Positions 28,993 through 41,482 of a DNA stretch of 64,000 bases are shown piece by piece. Made by a program: the position numbers and the translations under genes. Location: positions 2,528,001 through 2,592,000 of the forward strand of contig CBDCDC010000002.1 of the NCBI GenBank assembly GCA_965215195.1, given 5' to 3'. This DNA comes from Candidatus Latescibacterota bacterium (GTDB lineage Bacteria > Latescibacterota > UBA2968 > UBA8231). The stretch's first letter is position 1. Each line of letters opens with the position of its first letter. The notes beneath the pieces are model-generated. The model did not search any database. It was not told where the DNA came from and saw only the letters and a program-made list of their open reading frames with translations.

Positions 28993-31062
28993 TTACGCCG
29001 CTTCTCTGCCCTTGTCTTTCTGCGAATCCTCGATGATTTTAGCCATGATATCCCCGGGTACGTCCTCGTAGCGGTCGAATCTCTGCGCGTGGAATCCCTT
29101 GCCCTGCGTCATGGAGCGCAGCAATGTGGCGTAACGATCTATTTCGGCCAAGGGGGCCTCGGCGTGGATGACCTGGAAATGGCCTGATGTGTCCATACCG
29201 CTGATCCGACCCCGTCGCGAAGAGAGATCGCCCATTACGTCTCCCATAAATTCCTCGGGCACTGTAATCTCTAACTGGTAAATAGGTTCTAGCAGGATCG
29301 GTTTGGCTTTGAGGAAGGCGTCCCTGAAGGCATGGGAGCTGGCCAACTTAAAAGAAACTTCGTCCGAGTCTACCGGGTGATGCTTACCGTCGTATACAGT
29401 AACAGCCACGTCAATGACTTGGTAACCGGCCACTGGCCCCTCGCTCAGCGTCTCGACGATGCCCTTTTCCACCGCAGGGATGAAGTTGCTCGGGATATTG
29501 CCGCCGACGACCTCGTTGAGAAACTCAAAACCTTCACCGCGCCCCTTGGGAGCAATGCGCAGAAACACTTCTCCAAACTGCCCTCGTCCGCCCGACTGCT
29601 TCTTGTGCCGGTATTGCGCATCGGCATTGCCGCGGATCGTTTCTCGGTAAGGAATCCGCGGCACCTCCATATCGATCTCCACGCTAAAGCGCTCTTTAAG
29701 ACGGCTAACGATAGTCTCCAGATGCAACTCACCTTGGGTAAGCAAGATTGTTTGGCGGACTTCGCCATCGTATTTCAAGATGAAGCTCGGATCTTCCTCG
29801 TGCAATTGAGAAAGCCCGGTAGCGACGCGGTCCTCGCCGCCCTGCTCCTTGGCGTGAATCGCCACGCGAATTAGCGGCTCGGGGAATTCAATGCCCGGAA
29901 GTTGTAGCAATTGACCCTTGGCGCAAAGCGTATCGGTCGTATGCGTGTCCTTGAGCTTGACTAAGGCAACGATATCGCCAGCCTCGGCACTTTCGACCTC
30001 GGTCCGTTTGTTGCCGTTAAGGTGATAGATCTGACCAATGCGCTCGGTAGTACGATTGCTTGAGTTAGCCACTTCGTCGCCGGGCTTAATCGCTCCAGAG
30101 AAGAGGCGCAACAGAGAAAGCTCACCTACGTGCTGCTCGGCCAAGATCTTGAACACCAGAGCAGCCAAGGGCACTGTAGCGGTACCTTCAAGCTCAACTT
30201 CCTGTTCCTCGCCATCCTCGAACCTGAGTCCTGCGGCTTCGACCGGCGACGGCCCGTATTGCACCAAGGCGTCCAGCAGCCGGTCGATGCCGACATTGTT
30301 GTAGGCATCTCCGAAAAAGACCGGAAAAATTTCGCGCTGTAACACAGCCTGGCGCAGACCAGCAACCATATCCTCTGTGGTCAATTCGCCCTCGCTGAAA
30401 TACTTCTCCATCAGGTCTTCGGCGGTCTCGGCGATGGATTCTACCAGTTGCTCGCGTAACTCTTCGGCGCGGCTCTGGACCTCGTCAGGGATGTCTCCCT
30501 CAGTGGCCTTACCATCTTGGTACGCATAGGCTCTCATGGTAACCAAATCGACAATATGGTTGAATCCCTCACCTGGGTTTACTGTCATCTGTAAAGACAC
30601 GACTTGACGCCCGAAACGCTCTTGAACCATCTCTAAGATCTGGTCGGCGTCGGCATCGGCGCGATCCATCTTGTTGATGAATAGTACTCGGGGCAAATTG
30701 TAATCGGCAGCGAAATTCCAAGTCCGCTCAGTGCCGATCTCTACTCCGGCAACTGAATCGACGACAGCGACTACCGCGTCGGACACGCGCAGTGCCGCCT
30801 TGGCCTCGGAGATAAAATCTGCATAGCCCGGCGTATCAATTATGTTAAGGTGGTGACCCTGCCACTGGCCATTTAGCAAAGAAACCTTGAGCGAAATCTG
30901 GCGCTCAATCTCGGCCGAATCGTAATCCGATGTCGTCGTCCCGTCATCAATGCGTCCCAAGCGGTTTAAGACGCCCATGTTGAATAACATGGCCTCCGAT
31001 AGCGCTGTTTTACCCGCGCTGCTATGGCCACACAGAGAAAAATTCCTCGTTTGTTCGCTCAA
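28993..31062 (-). CDS. fusA: Elongation factor G paralog (EF-G2/FusA2 type)
   Basis: Full EF-G architecture (KKQSGGRGQFG, DGKHHPVDS, LLEPI). G motifs are divergent: GHSSAGKT, RQISL, DTPGY, NKMD. TTG start with AGGAGG; not in an rpsL-rpsG-tuf operon. Confidence 0.92.
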   Translation of the reverse strand: MSEQTRNFSLCGHSSAGKTALSEAMLFNMGVLNRLGRIDDGTTTSDYDSAEIERQISLKVSLLNGQWQGHHLNIIDTPGYADFISEAKAALRVSDAVVAVVDSVAGVEIGTERTWNFAADYNLPRVLFINKMDRADADADQILEMVQERFGRQVVSLQMTVNPGEGFNHIVDLVTMRAYAYQDGKATEGDIPDEVQSRAEELREQLVESIAETAEDLMEKYFSEGELTTEDMVAGLRQAVLQREIFPVFFGDAYNNVGIDRLLDALVQYGPSPVEAAGLRFEDGEEQEVELEGTATVPLAALVFKILAEQHVGELSLLRLFSGAIKPGDEVANSSNRTTERIGQIYHLNGNKRTEVESAEAGDIVALVKLKDTHTTDTLCAKGQLLQLPGIEFPEPLIRVAIHAKEQGGEDRVATGLSQLHEEDPSFILKYDGEVRQTILLTQGELHLETIVSRLKERFSVEIDMEVPRIPYRETIRGNADAQYRHKKQSGGRGQFGEVFLRIAPKGRGEGFEFLNEVVGGNIPSNFIPAVEKGIVETLSEGPVAGYQVIDVAVTVYDGKHHPVDSDEVSFKLASSHAFRDAFLKAKPILLEPIYQLEITVPEEFMGDVMGDLSSRRGRISGMDTSGHFQVIHAEAPLAEIDRYATLLRSMTQGKGFHAQRFDRYEDVPGDIMAKIIEDSQKDKGREAA

Positions 31063-31094
31063 TTTGACCCCTCCTGAATTTAAGAGAAGTGCTT

Positions 31095-31123
31095 AATTAA
31101 TTGGCCTACATTGGCGTTGTCAA
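31095..31123 (-). promoter_or_regulatory. Putative sigma70 promoter for the EF-G paralog
   Basis: Minus strand TTGACA, 17-nt spacer, TTAATT. Confidence 0.45.
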
Positions 31124-31141
31124 GGTATTTTCATAAGACAT

Positions 31142-31173
31142 AAAAAAAGCCCACCCCTAAAGGGATGGGCTTC
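31142..31173 (-). terminator. rRNA operon terminator
   Basis: Minus strand AAGCCCAUCCC-UUUA-GGGGUGGGCUU with a 7-U run, immediately after 5S. Confidence 0.85.
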
Positions 31174-31179
31174 AAAAAA

Positions 31180-31295
31180 TCCGGCGGCGTCCTACTCTCC
31201 CACTAGGCGACCCCAGCAGTACCATCGGCGCAAGAGGGCTTAACGGCTCTGTTCGGAATGGGAAGAGGTGTTTCCCCTCCGCTATAACCACCGGA
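31180..31295 (-). rRNA. rrf: 5S ribosomal RNA
   Basis: Conserved CCCATTCCGAAC, GCCGATGGTACT and GGGAGAGTAGG motifs; about 116 nt. Confidence 0.95.
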
Positions 31296-31376
31296 AAACT
31301 CAAATCCTCTTCAACAACCGAATACAGGCCCACACCAAAAGCGATGCAAAACTCCAGTATTGCTGCGACAATAAAT

Positions 31377-34400
<3,024 letters not shown>

Positions 34401-34518
34401 AAAAATCACTGCCACAACACTACTAGAGGTATGCATCACGGTGTCTCGAGCAGTAAGCACATAACGCGCTTCCACTCGGTAAACCTTAGATTACTTAACT
34501 GGTGTGAACCTGTATTCG

Positions 34519-34532
34519 ATTGTCAAAGAGCA
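34519..34532 (-). promoter_or_regulatory. BoxA antitermination element in the rRNA spacer
   Basis: TGCTCTTTGACAAT just downstream of tRNA-Ile. Confidence 0.7.
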
Positions 34533-34543
34533 AAAAGCCTGAA

Positions 34544-34620
<77 letters not shown>

Positions 34621-34707
34621 GAAAATCGAATAACGCACATGAGGACAGGCCGAAGAGTAAAATATTGACCTAGGTGGATAATGTCAGGAGCCTAACTCCC
34701 AATATCC

Positions 34708-36271
<1,564 letters not shown>

Positions 36272-36339
36272 AAAATTTGATGTACTACTTTTTGCAAATC
36301 CGAGCTCTTCGACGCTGGACCCTCATGTACGTTATTCGA

Positions 36340-36411
36340 TTTTCAAAGATCAATCTCGCTCAAGCATCGAGCGTAACATTGAAAGATAGTATCCAATTCT
36401 CTCTGTGTCAA
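36340..36411 (-). promoter_or_regulatory. rRNA operon promoter with leader BoxA
   Basis: TTGACA (36406-36411), 17-nt spacer, TATCTT (36383-36388). BoxA-like GATCTTTGAAAA at 36340-36351. Confidence 0.75.
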
Positions 36412-36461
36412 GAGGAAAAAAATATCGGCACCAAAGACAAAACCAACACAACAATCCCATA

Positions 36462-37703
36462 TCAACCCCAGCTAGCGGCACCCTTCAATTCGCCCTGCCT
36501 TTCTATGGCAATGCGCTCGAAGTAGCCGCTGCGGCGATAGGCACCTAGGGGATCGGCTTCGGCCCCCAGTTCCTGGCGCACAATCGCCAGCAAGGACCGC
36601 ACATCAGTGTCATAGGCATTGCGCAAAATTTCTTCGCCTGCCACTACGTCGTCCTCCGCCTGAGCCTCAGCTAGTGCCGTGCGGTCGACCAGCAATGCAC
36701 GGGCATAGGCCGTCTGTATATTGAGCACCGACTGGATCATCGCCTCAACTTTGGGCTTGATAATATGACTTTGATCAATCATGTAGGCGATATTAGCCGC
36801 TGCGGCACCGCGCCGCTCAGCGTTGAGGATCTCGTGGTAAATCAGGAAGACCTCGTAGAGGTTGACCGATCCAGTCGTCACATCATCATCGGCGTATTTG
36901 CGGTTGTTGAAGTGAAAACCACCCATTCGACCCTCGTCGAGGAGTAAGGCCACAAGGTGCTCAATATTGGTGGAGAGGGGATGATGCCCTAGATCGACCA
37001 GCACTTCGGCCTTCGGCCCGGCCTTAATGGCGAAATTTAGCGCCATACCCCAGTCGGCAATGTCAGTATGATAAAATGCCGGCTCGAAGAATTTGTACTC
37101 AATTAGCATCCGTACTCCTTCGGGCAGCACTTCGTGAGTCTCCCTCAGACATTCTTCAAATCTCCGCTTGCGCTCAATGATATCGTCTTGGCCCGGGTAG
37201 TTCGTACCGTCGGCAAACCAAAGGCTCAGTACTGTGGACCCTGTCTCCTGCATGATATCCACGCACTCGTGTATGTGATCGAGCGCTTTGCGACGCACGG
37301 CCGGGGACCGATGGCCAAAACTGCCCAATTTGTATTCAGGCTCTTGGAAGACATTGGGATTGATTGCCCCGATACACACACCCAATTCCGCCGCTTCTTG
37401 CCGCAGGGCGTCGTAGTCATCCACTTTATCCCAAGGGATGTGCAAAGCCACACCGGGACAGACACCTGTCATCTTATGCACTTGGGCCGCGTCGGCAAGC
37501 CGCTCGTGGACATCGCGGGCGGCACCGGGCTGTTTGAAAACGCCAAAGCGCGTTCCGGAATTGCCGTATCCCCAAGAGGGCGTCTCGATCTCTTGGGCTT
37601 TGAGCTTGGCTTTGACTTCTTCTGCTTCGATTCCTCGGGCTGAGAGCATTTCTGCTAAAGCTGCGAATTGGTCCTCTATATTGTTGTGCGCTGGAATTCC
37701 CAT
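36462..37703 (-). CDS. rhaI: L-rhamnose isomerase (RhaI-type, xylose isomerase-like TIM barrel)
   Basis: [52 protein letters not shown] and MIDQSH. AAGGAG RBS. Confidence 0.88.
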   Translation of the reverse strand: MGIPAHNNIEDQFAALAEMLSARGIEAEEVKAKLKAQEIETPSWGYGNSGTRFGVFKQPGAARDVHERLADAAQVHKMTGVCPGVALHIPWDKVDDYDALRQEAAELGVCIGAINPNVFQEPEYKLGSFGHRSPAVRRKALDHIHECVDIMQETGSTVLSLWFADGTNYPGQDDIIERKRRFEECLRETHEVLPEGVRMLIEYKFFEPAFYHTDIADWGMALNFAIKAGPKAEVLVDLGHHPLSTNIEHLVALLLDEGRMGGFHFNNRKYADDDVTTGSVNLYEVFLIYHEILNAERRGAAAANIAYMIDQSHIIKPKVEAMIQSVLNIQTAYARALLVDRTALAEAQAEDDVVAGEEILRNAYDTDVRSLLAIVRQELGAEADPLGAYRRSGYFERIAIERQGELKGAASWG

Positions 37704-37794
37704 TCTGCCTCTCCTTTAATTATCGGGCCTAGTAGGTCAAATCCGGTGGGTCGGGACGGTAATTAAGCTCAGCCGCTACAGCCTGCTACCACAC

Positions 37795-38757
37795 TCAGGC
37801 GTTCTGCAGAACTTGTAGCTGGAGTTCGAGGTTGCGCAACCCGACTTCGCCGGATACGAGAGGAGCTCGTTTGGGCTGTACCGCAGCCTCAGCAAACTGA
37901 GCTATGAGTAGCGACATAAAATCATCGCCGATTAGCTCTGATTCACCGGTGCTGAGCACCGAGCAATAGGTCCCGTCGGGCGCAGACCGCCCTGCGCAAT
38001 CGACCAAAAAGCCGTTAACGCCGAATCGCCGCAGGGGTTGGCCCGCATGTAGGTCGCGGACGATGATTTCGCAACGACAGCTTCCCGCCAAGTCGGCAAA
38101 GCTAAAACAGGCCCGCACTTCCCCGCGTCCTAGCTCCACTTGTAGCGAAGCAGGCTCAATGACCCCGTCGGGCATCCAAGCCAAGAGCATGCTCAAAGGA
38201 TGGGGAGCCATATCGATCCACACCTCTGCGGCGCAACGGCGGCGCCCCCGGGCCAAGGTCTCCATTTCCGCGTAAAAGGATTCTATAGTAGCGATCGGTC
38301 CATGGGCCTTTTCGTATAGCTGCCGGTAGTACGGCAGCGCGGCAGCGTATTGAGTACAAACGCCCAAGTGCAGACTGGTTTGCCTCGCCAAATCAACCAA
38401 GGCCCGCGCCCGCATCAGCATCTGCTCCGCCCCATCCGAATGCCAGACTAAGGGCTTTTCGCAGAGTACGTGACAACCCCGTCCAAGAGCACCTTTGACA
38501 CAGTCGAAATGAGCCTCATTCGGCAGACAGACGTCGACCACATCGGGCGCTTCTTCAGTTAGCAGCCGATCCAAGTCCCAATAACCCCGGCCCGAAAAGG
38601 GAAAAATATCGCATAGAACGCGCTCTGTAGCAGCGACAGTTTCCCGACTGCGGCCTAAAAAGCCAACGACTTGCGCACCAACGCGGTGGAACCACTTGGC
38701 GTGATGCTTGCCGATGCCGCTGGCACCGGCGATGGCGACGCGCAGGGGCCTTTCCAT
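37795..38757 (-). CDS. Gfo/Idh/MocA family oxidoreductase
   Basis: AIAGASGIG, HVLCEKP and DMAPH. GGAGGAG RBS before ATG 38757. Confidence 0.85.
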   Translation of the reverse strand: MERPLRVAIAGASGIGKHHAKWFHRVGAQVVGFLGRSRETVAATERVLCDIFPFSGRGYWDLDRLLTEEAPDVVDVCLPNEAHFDCVKGALGRGCHVLCEKPLVWHSDGAEQMLMRARALVDLARQTSLHLGVCTQYAAALPYYRQLYEKAHGPIATIESFYAEMETLARGRRRCAAEVWIDMAPHPLSMLLAWMPDGVIEPASLQVELGRGEVRACFSFADLAGSCRCEIIVRDLHAGQPLRRFGVNGFLVDCAGRSAPDGTYCSVLSTGESELIGDDFMSLLIAQFAEAAVQPKRAPLVSGEVGLRNLELQLQVLQNA

Positions 38758-38768
38758 TTCTCCTCCAA

Positions 38769-38800
38769 TAAAAAGAGCCGACAGCCCATCTGTCGGCTCT
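38769..38800 (-). terminator. Intrinsic terminator after the small basic protein gene
   Basis: 11-bp stem AGAGCCGACAG / CTGTCGGCTCT with a 5-nt loop, followed by a U-rich run on the minus strand. Confidence 0.8.
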
Positions 38801-38831
38801 CCCAAGGCCGGTGGCCTCTAGCTTTAGCTAT

Positions 38832-38948
38832 TTACTTCTTCCTCGGTGACAGCTTGGCCTCCTGAGCGCGTCGCTTCAAGCGCTTTTTGCGCCGCTGTCG
38901 CCGACTCCTCAATTCCTTATCCCTCATTCTGCCTTTACTCGAACCCAT
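38832..38948 (-). CDS. 38-aa Arg/Lys-rich small protein (DUF6800-like)
   Basis: AGGAGG 8 nt before ATG 38948. Sequence MGSSKGRMRDKELRSRRQRRKKRLKRRAQEAKLSPRKK, followed by a terminator. Confidence 0.75.
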   Translation of the reverse strand: MGSSKGRMRDKELRSRRQRRKKRLKRRAQEAKLSPRKK

Positions 38949-39010
38949 CTGTGTATCCTCCTGAGAATAAGAAGCGGTTGCCGGCAATATATCTGGCGGC
39001 ACCACTGAGG

Positions 39011-39934
39011 TCAAGCGAGGATCATCCGCAAAAGGGCCATGCGCACGTAAAGCCCGTTGTGGGCTTGGCGAAAATAGGCCGCCCGCGGATCCGCGTCCAC
39101 TTCCGGGTCAATCTCGTCGACGCGCGGCAGCGGGTGCATGACAACAGCGCGTTCCTGCATGCAGTCCATCACCGACCGATCGACAATGTACTTGCCCCGC
39201 GCCTGCTCGTATTCTCCAAGGAGAGCACCAAAGCGCTCCTTCTGGATGCGCGTCTGATAGACGACATCGGCCTGCCTCGCTACCTCATGTAGATCTTCTA
39301 CTTCCTCGAAAGGGACCTGGTGCCGCCGCAAATACTCCTTTATGTCGTCCTTCATTCTCACCATCTCAGGCGCGACGAAGTACATTTTAACGCCCTCGTA
39401 TTTGGCCAGTAGATAGCACAGCGAACGCACCGTCCGTCCATTGGCCAGATCTCCCACCAGAGCAACTGTAATTTTTTGGAGGCGTCCGATCTCGCGCTGG
39501 ATAGTAAAGAGGTCCAACAGGGCTTGGGTCGGGTGCTGCCCGGCCCCGTCGCCGGCGTTGATTACCGGGATACCGGCGACAGCAGCAGCTCGGTTGCTGG
39601 CCCCGCTTTCGTAGTGGCGCAACACGATCACGTCCGAGTACCCGGCGACGACGCGAATGGTGTCCTCGAGGGTCTCCCCCTTGGCCACCGAAGAGAATTC
39701 CTGTGCGCTCTCGGTCGTAATCACCGTTCCACCCAACCGCGTCATCGCCGATTCAAAGGACAGCCGCGTGCGCGTACTAGGCTCGTAGAACAGCGTCGCC
39801 ATGACCCGGCGATTGAGGATATTAGATCCGTAGTGCTGCACTACTTGCTCCATCTCTTGGGCCGTGGAGAAAATGGCGTCTATCAAGTCTAGGTCGAATT
39901 GTTGCGCTTCGAGGACGTGATAAAGACGATCCAT
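39011..39934 (-). CDS. pyrB: Aspartate carbamoyltransferase catalytic subunit
   Basis: FYEPSTRTRLSF, KGETLEDT, HPTQALLD and MHPLPRVDEI. Confidence 0.97.
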   Translation of the reverse strand: MDRLYHVLEAQQFDLDLIDAIFSTAQEMEQVVQHYGSNILNRRVMATLFYEPSTRTRLSFESAMTRLGGTVITTESAQEFSSVAKGETLEDTIRVVAGYSDVIVLRHYESGASNRAAAVAGIPVINAGDGAGQHPTQALLDLFTIQREIGRLQKITVALVGDLANGRTVRSLCYLLAKYEGVKMYFVAPEMVRMKDDIKEYLRRHQVPFEEVEDLHEVARQADVVYQTRIQKERFGALLGEYEQARGKYIVDRSVMDCMQERAVVMHPLPRVDEIDPEVDADPRAAYFRQAHNGLYVRMALLRMILA

Positions 39935-39944
39935 CAGGTGCTCC

Positions 39945-40382
39945 TCAACGGCCTTCCCGCTCCCCCAATACCGCCATAATCTCCGCCTCGGCCGCCACTT
40001 CCTCTCCCACCAGTGCTCGCCCTTGCAACTTACAGGACCCGCCCCGCTGCCTGAGCACTGTTAGCTCCAGCCGCAACTGGTCCCCCGGCACGACCGGACG
40101 GCGAAATTTGCAGCGATCAATCCCGGCGAAAAAAGGCACCTTGGATTCGGGATTTTCCACGCCGCGCAGCATCATCGCGCAACCCGCTTGCGCCAGTGCT
40201 TCGACGATCAGCACCCCGGGCATGACCGGATAACTAGGAAAATGCCCTTGGAAAAACGATTCGTTGGCCGTCACGTTCTTCAAGGCCACGACGCGTTCGC
40301 CAGGCTCCAACTCGAGAATGCGGTCAATGAGCAGCAGCGGATAGCGGTGCGGCAATAGGTCGAGAATCTCCGTTAAATTCAC
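39945..40382 (-). CDS. fabZ: 3-hydroxyacyl-ACP dehydratase FabZ
   Basis: LPHRYP, FFQGHFP..PVMPGVLIVEALAQ and FRRPVVPGDQL. GTG overlaps the skp stop. Confidence 0.96.
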   Translation of the reverse strand: MNLTEILDLLPHRYPLLLIDRILELEPGERVVALKNVTANESFFQGHFPSYPVMPGVLIVEALAQAGCAMMLRGVENPESKVPFFAGIDRCKFRRPVVPGDQLRLELTVLRQRGGSCKLQGRALVGEEVAAEAEIMAVLGEREGR

Positions 40383-40915
40383 TCCTCTTCCTCTTCCTTT
40401 TCCTTCTCCATCAGTGCCAGTAGCTGTTCGGTCAGATCGTACTGCTCTTTGGCAAAGACCAAACCGCTAGAGGGCGCAGCGGCGTCGAAAATAAAATCGT
40501 AGCCCTCCTCCTCGGCCATGCCCTGAATGGCATCGTTGATCTTTTTGAAAATCGGCTCGGAAAGCTCGACATTCCTGCGCATCAACTCGCCTTCGGGGCC
40601 GAACTTCTCTTGGGTAAATTGTTGGAGTTGCTGCACTTTGGTCTCGAACTCGGCCTGTAGTTCCGCCTTTTTCGCCTCGCTCAACAGCAACTCCTGACGA
40701 CGAAAATCCTCTTGCAACTTAAGCAGCTCGGCCTCGTCCTTCTTGGCTTGGTTCTCGTAGTCCTGACTTAGCTGCTCCAACGTGCGCTGCACATCCCTGA
40801 ATTCGGGCAGGCGCTCTTTGAGCACTTCTGAATCGATATAACCTACTTTTAGCTGAGCCGAGGCAGTGGCGGCGCAACAGGCCACGACGAGGGCGGACAA
40901 TAGGGCGCGTTTCAT
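40379..40915 (-). CDS. skp: OmpH/Skp family periplasmic chaperone
   Basis: Signal peptide, KVGYID, coiled coil, GYDFIFD and YDLT; located near bamA. Confidence 0.9.
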   Translation of the reverse strand: MKRALLSALVVACCAATASAQLKVGYIDSEVLKERLPEFRDVQRTLEQLSQDYENQAKKDEAELLKLQEDFRRQELLLSEAKKAELQAEFETKVQQLQQFTQEKFGPEGELMRRNVELSEPIFKKINDAIQGMAEEEGYDFIFDAAAPSSGLVFAKEQYDLTEQLLALMEKEKEEEEE

Positions 40916-41018
40916 GCGTACTCCTCTTTATGGGCAAAAGTCAACTGGATTGAAGTTGCGTTCATTTTTTAATTCAACTGCGCTATTCTCGCTGCAACGG
41001 GTATCAGGTGTCAGACGA

Positions 41019-41321
41019 CTATTTGATCTGCACCTTGATCTTAGATCGCTTGCGCCGCGACAGGGAGAGGCCACCGAAACCGCTGATAACGGCAATGTAA
41101 AACCCAGCATCGTACCACCAGCCAGTGTTGTGCGGTTCATAGAGGCGGATGGCCGAGTCAAATAGGCCCCAGATGAGCGATATGGGAGCGATCCAACCGT
41201 GCCAGATTCCCCAGAAAAACCCAGCGGGATTCGCTTCAGTGTGTTTCCCGTCGCCAGGGACACACCCGGCAAGAGCAATCAGAACGATCAAGACAAGTAT
41301 GCAGATTAGCTGTCTGGCCAT
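41019..41321 (-). CDS. Small conserved hypothetical membrane lipoprotein
   Basis: Lipobox LAGC, followed by PAGFFWGIWHGWIAP...YEPHNTGWWYDAGF. Confidence 0.75.
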   Translation of the reverse strand: MARQLICILVLIVLIALAGCVPGDGKHTEANPAGFFWGIWHGWIAPISLIWGLFDSAIRLYEPHNTGWWYDAGFYIAVISGFGGLSLSRRKRSKIKVQIK

Positions 41322-41423
41322 AGAAAATTCTTCTACCGTTCCTCTGTAACCCGCTGTTTTTTCTCATCTCAAGCCAAATTGTATAAGATACGACTTGGCA
41401 TACATTTGTGAAACAGCGGACAT

Positions 41424-41460
41424 AAGAAGGCCCAAGATGCCGGACGACACCTTGGGCTTC
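41424..41460 (-). terminator. Terminator-like hairpin after bamA
   Basis: Minus strand GCCCAAGGUGUC-GUCC-GGCAUCUUGGGC followed by CUUCUU. Confidence 0.6.
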
Positions 41461-41482
41461 GTCTTTCCCCTGCGATTAGGCA

